From Candidatus Micrarchaeota archaeon (GTDB lineage Archaea; Micrarchaeota; Micrarchaeia; Micrarchaeales; Micrarchaeaceae): a DNA stretch of 32,000 nt. The DNA lies in contig JAJZZO010000001.1 of assembly GCA_021797495.1 (NCBI GenBank), forward strand, positions 15,533 through 47,532, given 5' to 3'. The translations under genes and the position numbers were made by a program. Below, piece by piece: positions 31,789 to 32,000 of this stretch. The stretch's first letter is position 1, and the number at the start of each line of letters is the position of its first letter. The notes under the pieces are model-generated. The model worked only from the letters and a program-made list of their open reading frames with translations. It made no database searches and had not been told where the DNA came from.

Positions 31789-32000
31789 TTATTTATTGCT
31801 TTCTTTTGCCGGCTTGCTGTTGCTTTTCAGCCACTTGATGAAATCGCTGTGCAGTGCTGACCTGCTCGTGTCTATAACGCGTATCTTCATGCTTCCGTTG
31901 TAGTGCTCGTCGTTCAGCTCCAATACCTCCTTGTAATCCGCCATGTCGGCGTAGTGCACTTCCATCCAGTGTATCTTGCCGTTCAGGTAGTCGTCGAGCA
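31789..32000 (-). CDS. Hypothetical protein, C-terminal 70 aa only (N-terminus beyond the right edge)
   Basis: Open frame from the window edge to TAA (31789-31791): ..LDDYLNGKIHWMEVHYADMADYKEVLELNDEHYNGSMKIRVIDTSRSALHSDFIKWLKSNSKPAKESNK. Not in the ORF track because no start lies in the window. Family not recognised. Confidence 0.55.
   Translation of the reverse strand, partial: LDDYLNGKIHWMEVHYADMADYKEVLELNDEHYNGSMKIRVIDTSRSALHSDFIKWLKSNSKPAKESNK

Noticed and set aside
1-32000. CRISPR arrays, rRNA genes, IS elements, toxin-antitoxin or known defence genes
   Set aside because: There are no regularly spaced direct repeats, no transposase, integrase or nuclease signatures, and no rRNA-like sequence on either strand.

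Overview
Archaeal chromosomal segment of about 45% GC (hand-sampled). It shows heavy ATA-Ile codon use, AT-rich TATA-type intergenic regions and many abutting or overlapping stop/start junctions.

Gene map:
- Left 7 kb: a co-directional minus-strand cell-surface locus. It holds a partial secreted beta-sandwich protein missed by the ORF track, a 1148-aa multi-domain glycoprotein, a MinD/ParA-type ATPase, and a 654-aa C-terminally anchored glycoprotein.
- Next: nuoHIJKLMN (no nuoABCD upstream), a geranylgeranyl reductase, a single-repeat TBP-fold protein, a GT4 glycosyltransferase, SRP54 and a 30-aa Lys-rich mini-ORF.
- Then: a DRG-type GTPase, a wHTH-like protein, an intron-containing tRNA-Arg(UCU) and TatD.
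- Then: a DUF929 thioredoxin-like CxxC protein translationally abutted to a 4-TM CGC membrane protein, a V4R-like protein, a secY outside any ribosomal-protein operon, and eL41.
- Then: a secreted glycoprotein whose signal anchor is out of frame, DUF763, a hypothetical protein, HisRS and thioredoxin.
- Right end: a candidate C/D box sRNA, an archaeal histone, a Zn-ribbon protein, a PRC-barrel protein, RpoP and a partial ORF.

No CRISPR array, rRNA, transposase or integrase was seen. Lineage cannot be fixed without searches. The gene content (histone, non-canonical tRNA intron, reduced operon structure, sequon-rich surface proteins) fits a small-genome DPANN/Micrarchaeota-like or Thermoplasmatales-like archaeon.

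Best candidates for novelty:
- The MinD-linked surface-protein locus (1-6976), which has a shared pilin-like terminal domain.
- The single-repeat TBP homolog (about 15294-15620).
- The DUF929 plus CGC-membrane-protein pair (21091-22581).
- The T-loop-intron tRNA (20036-20143).
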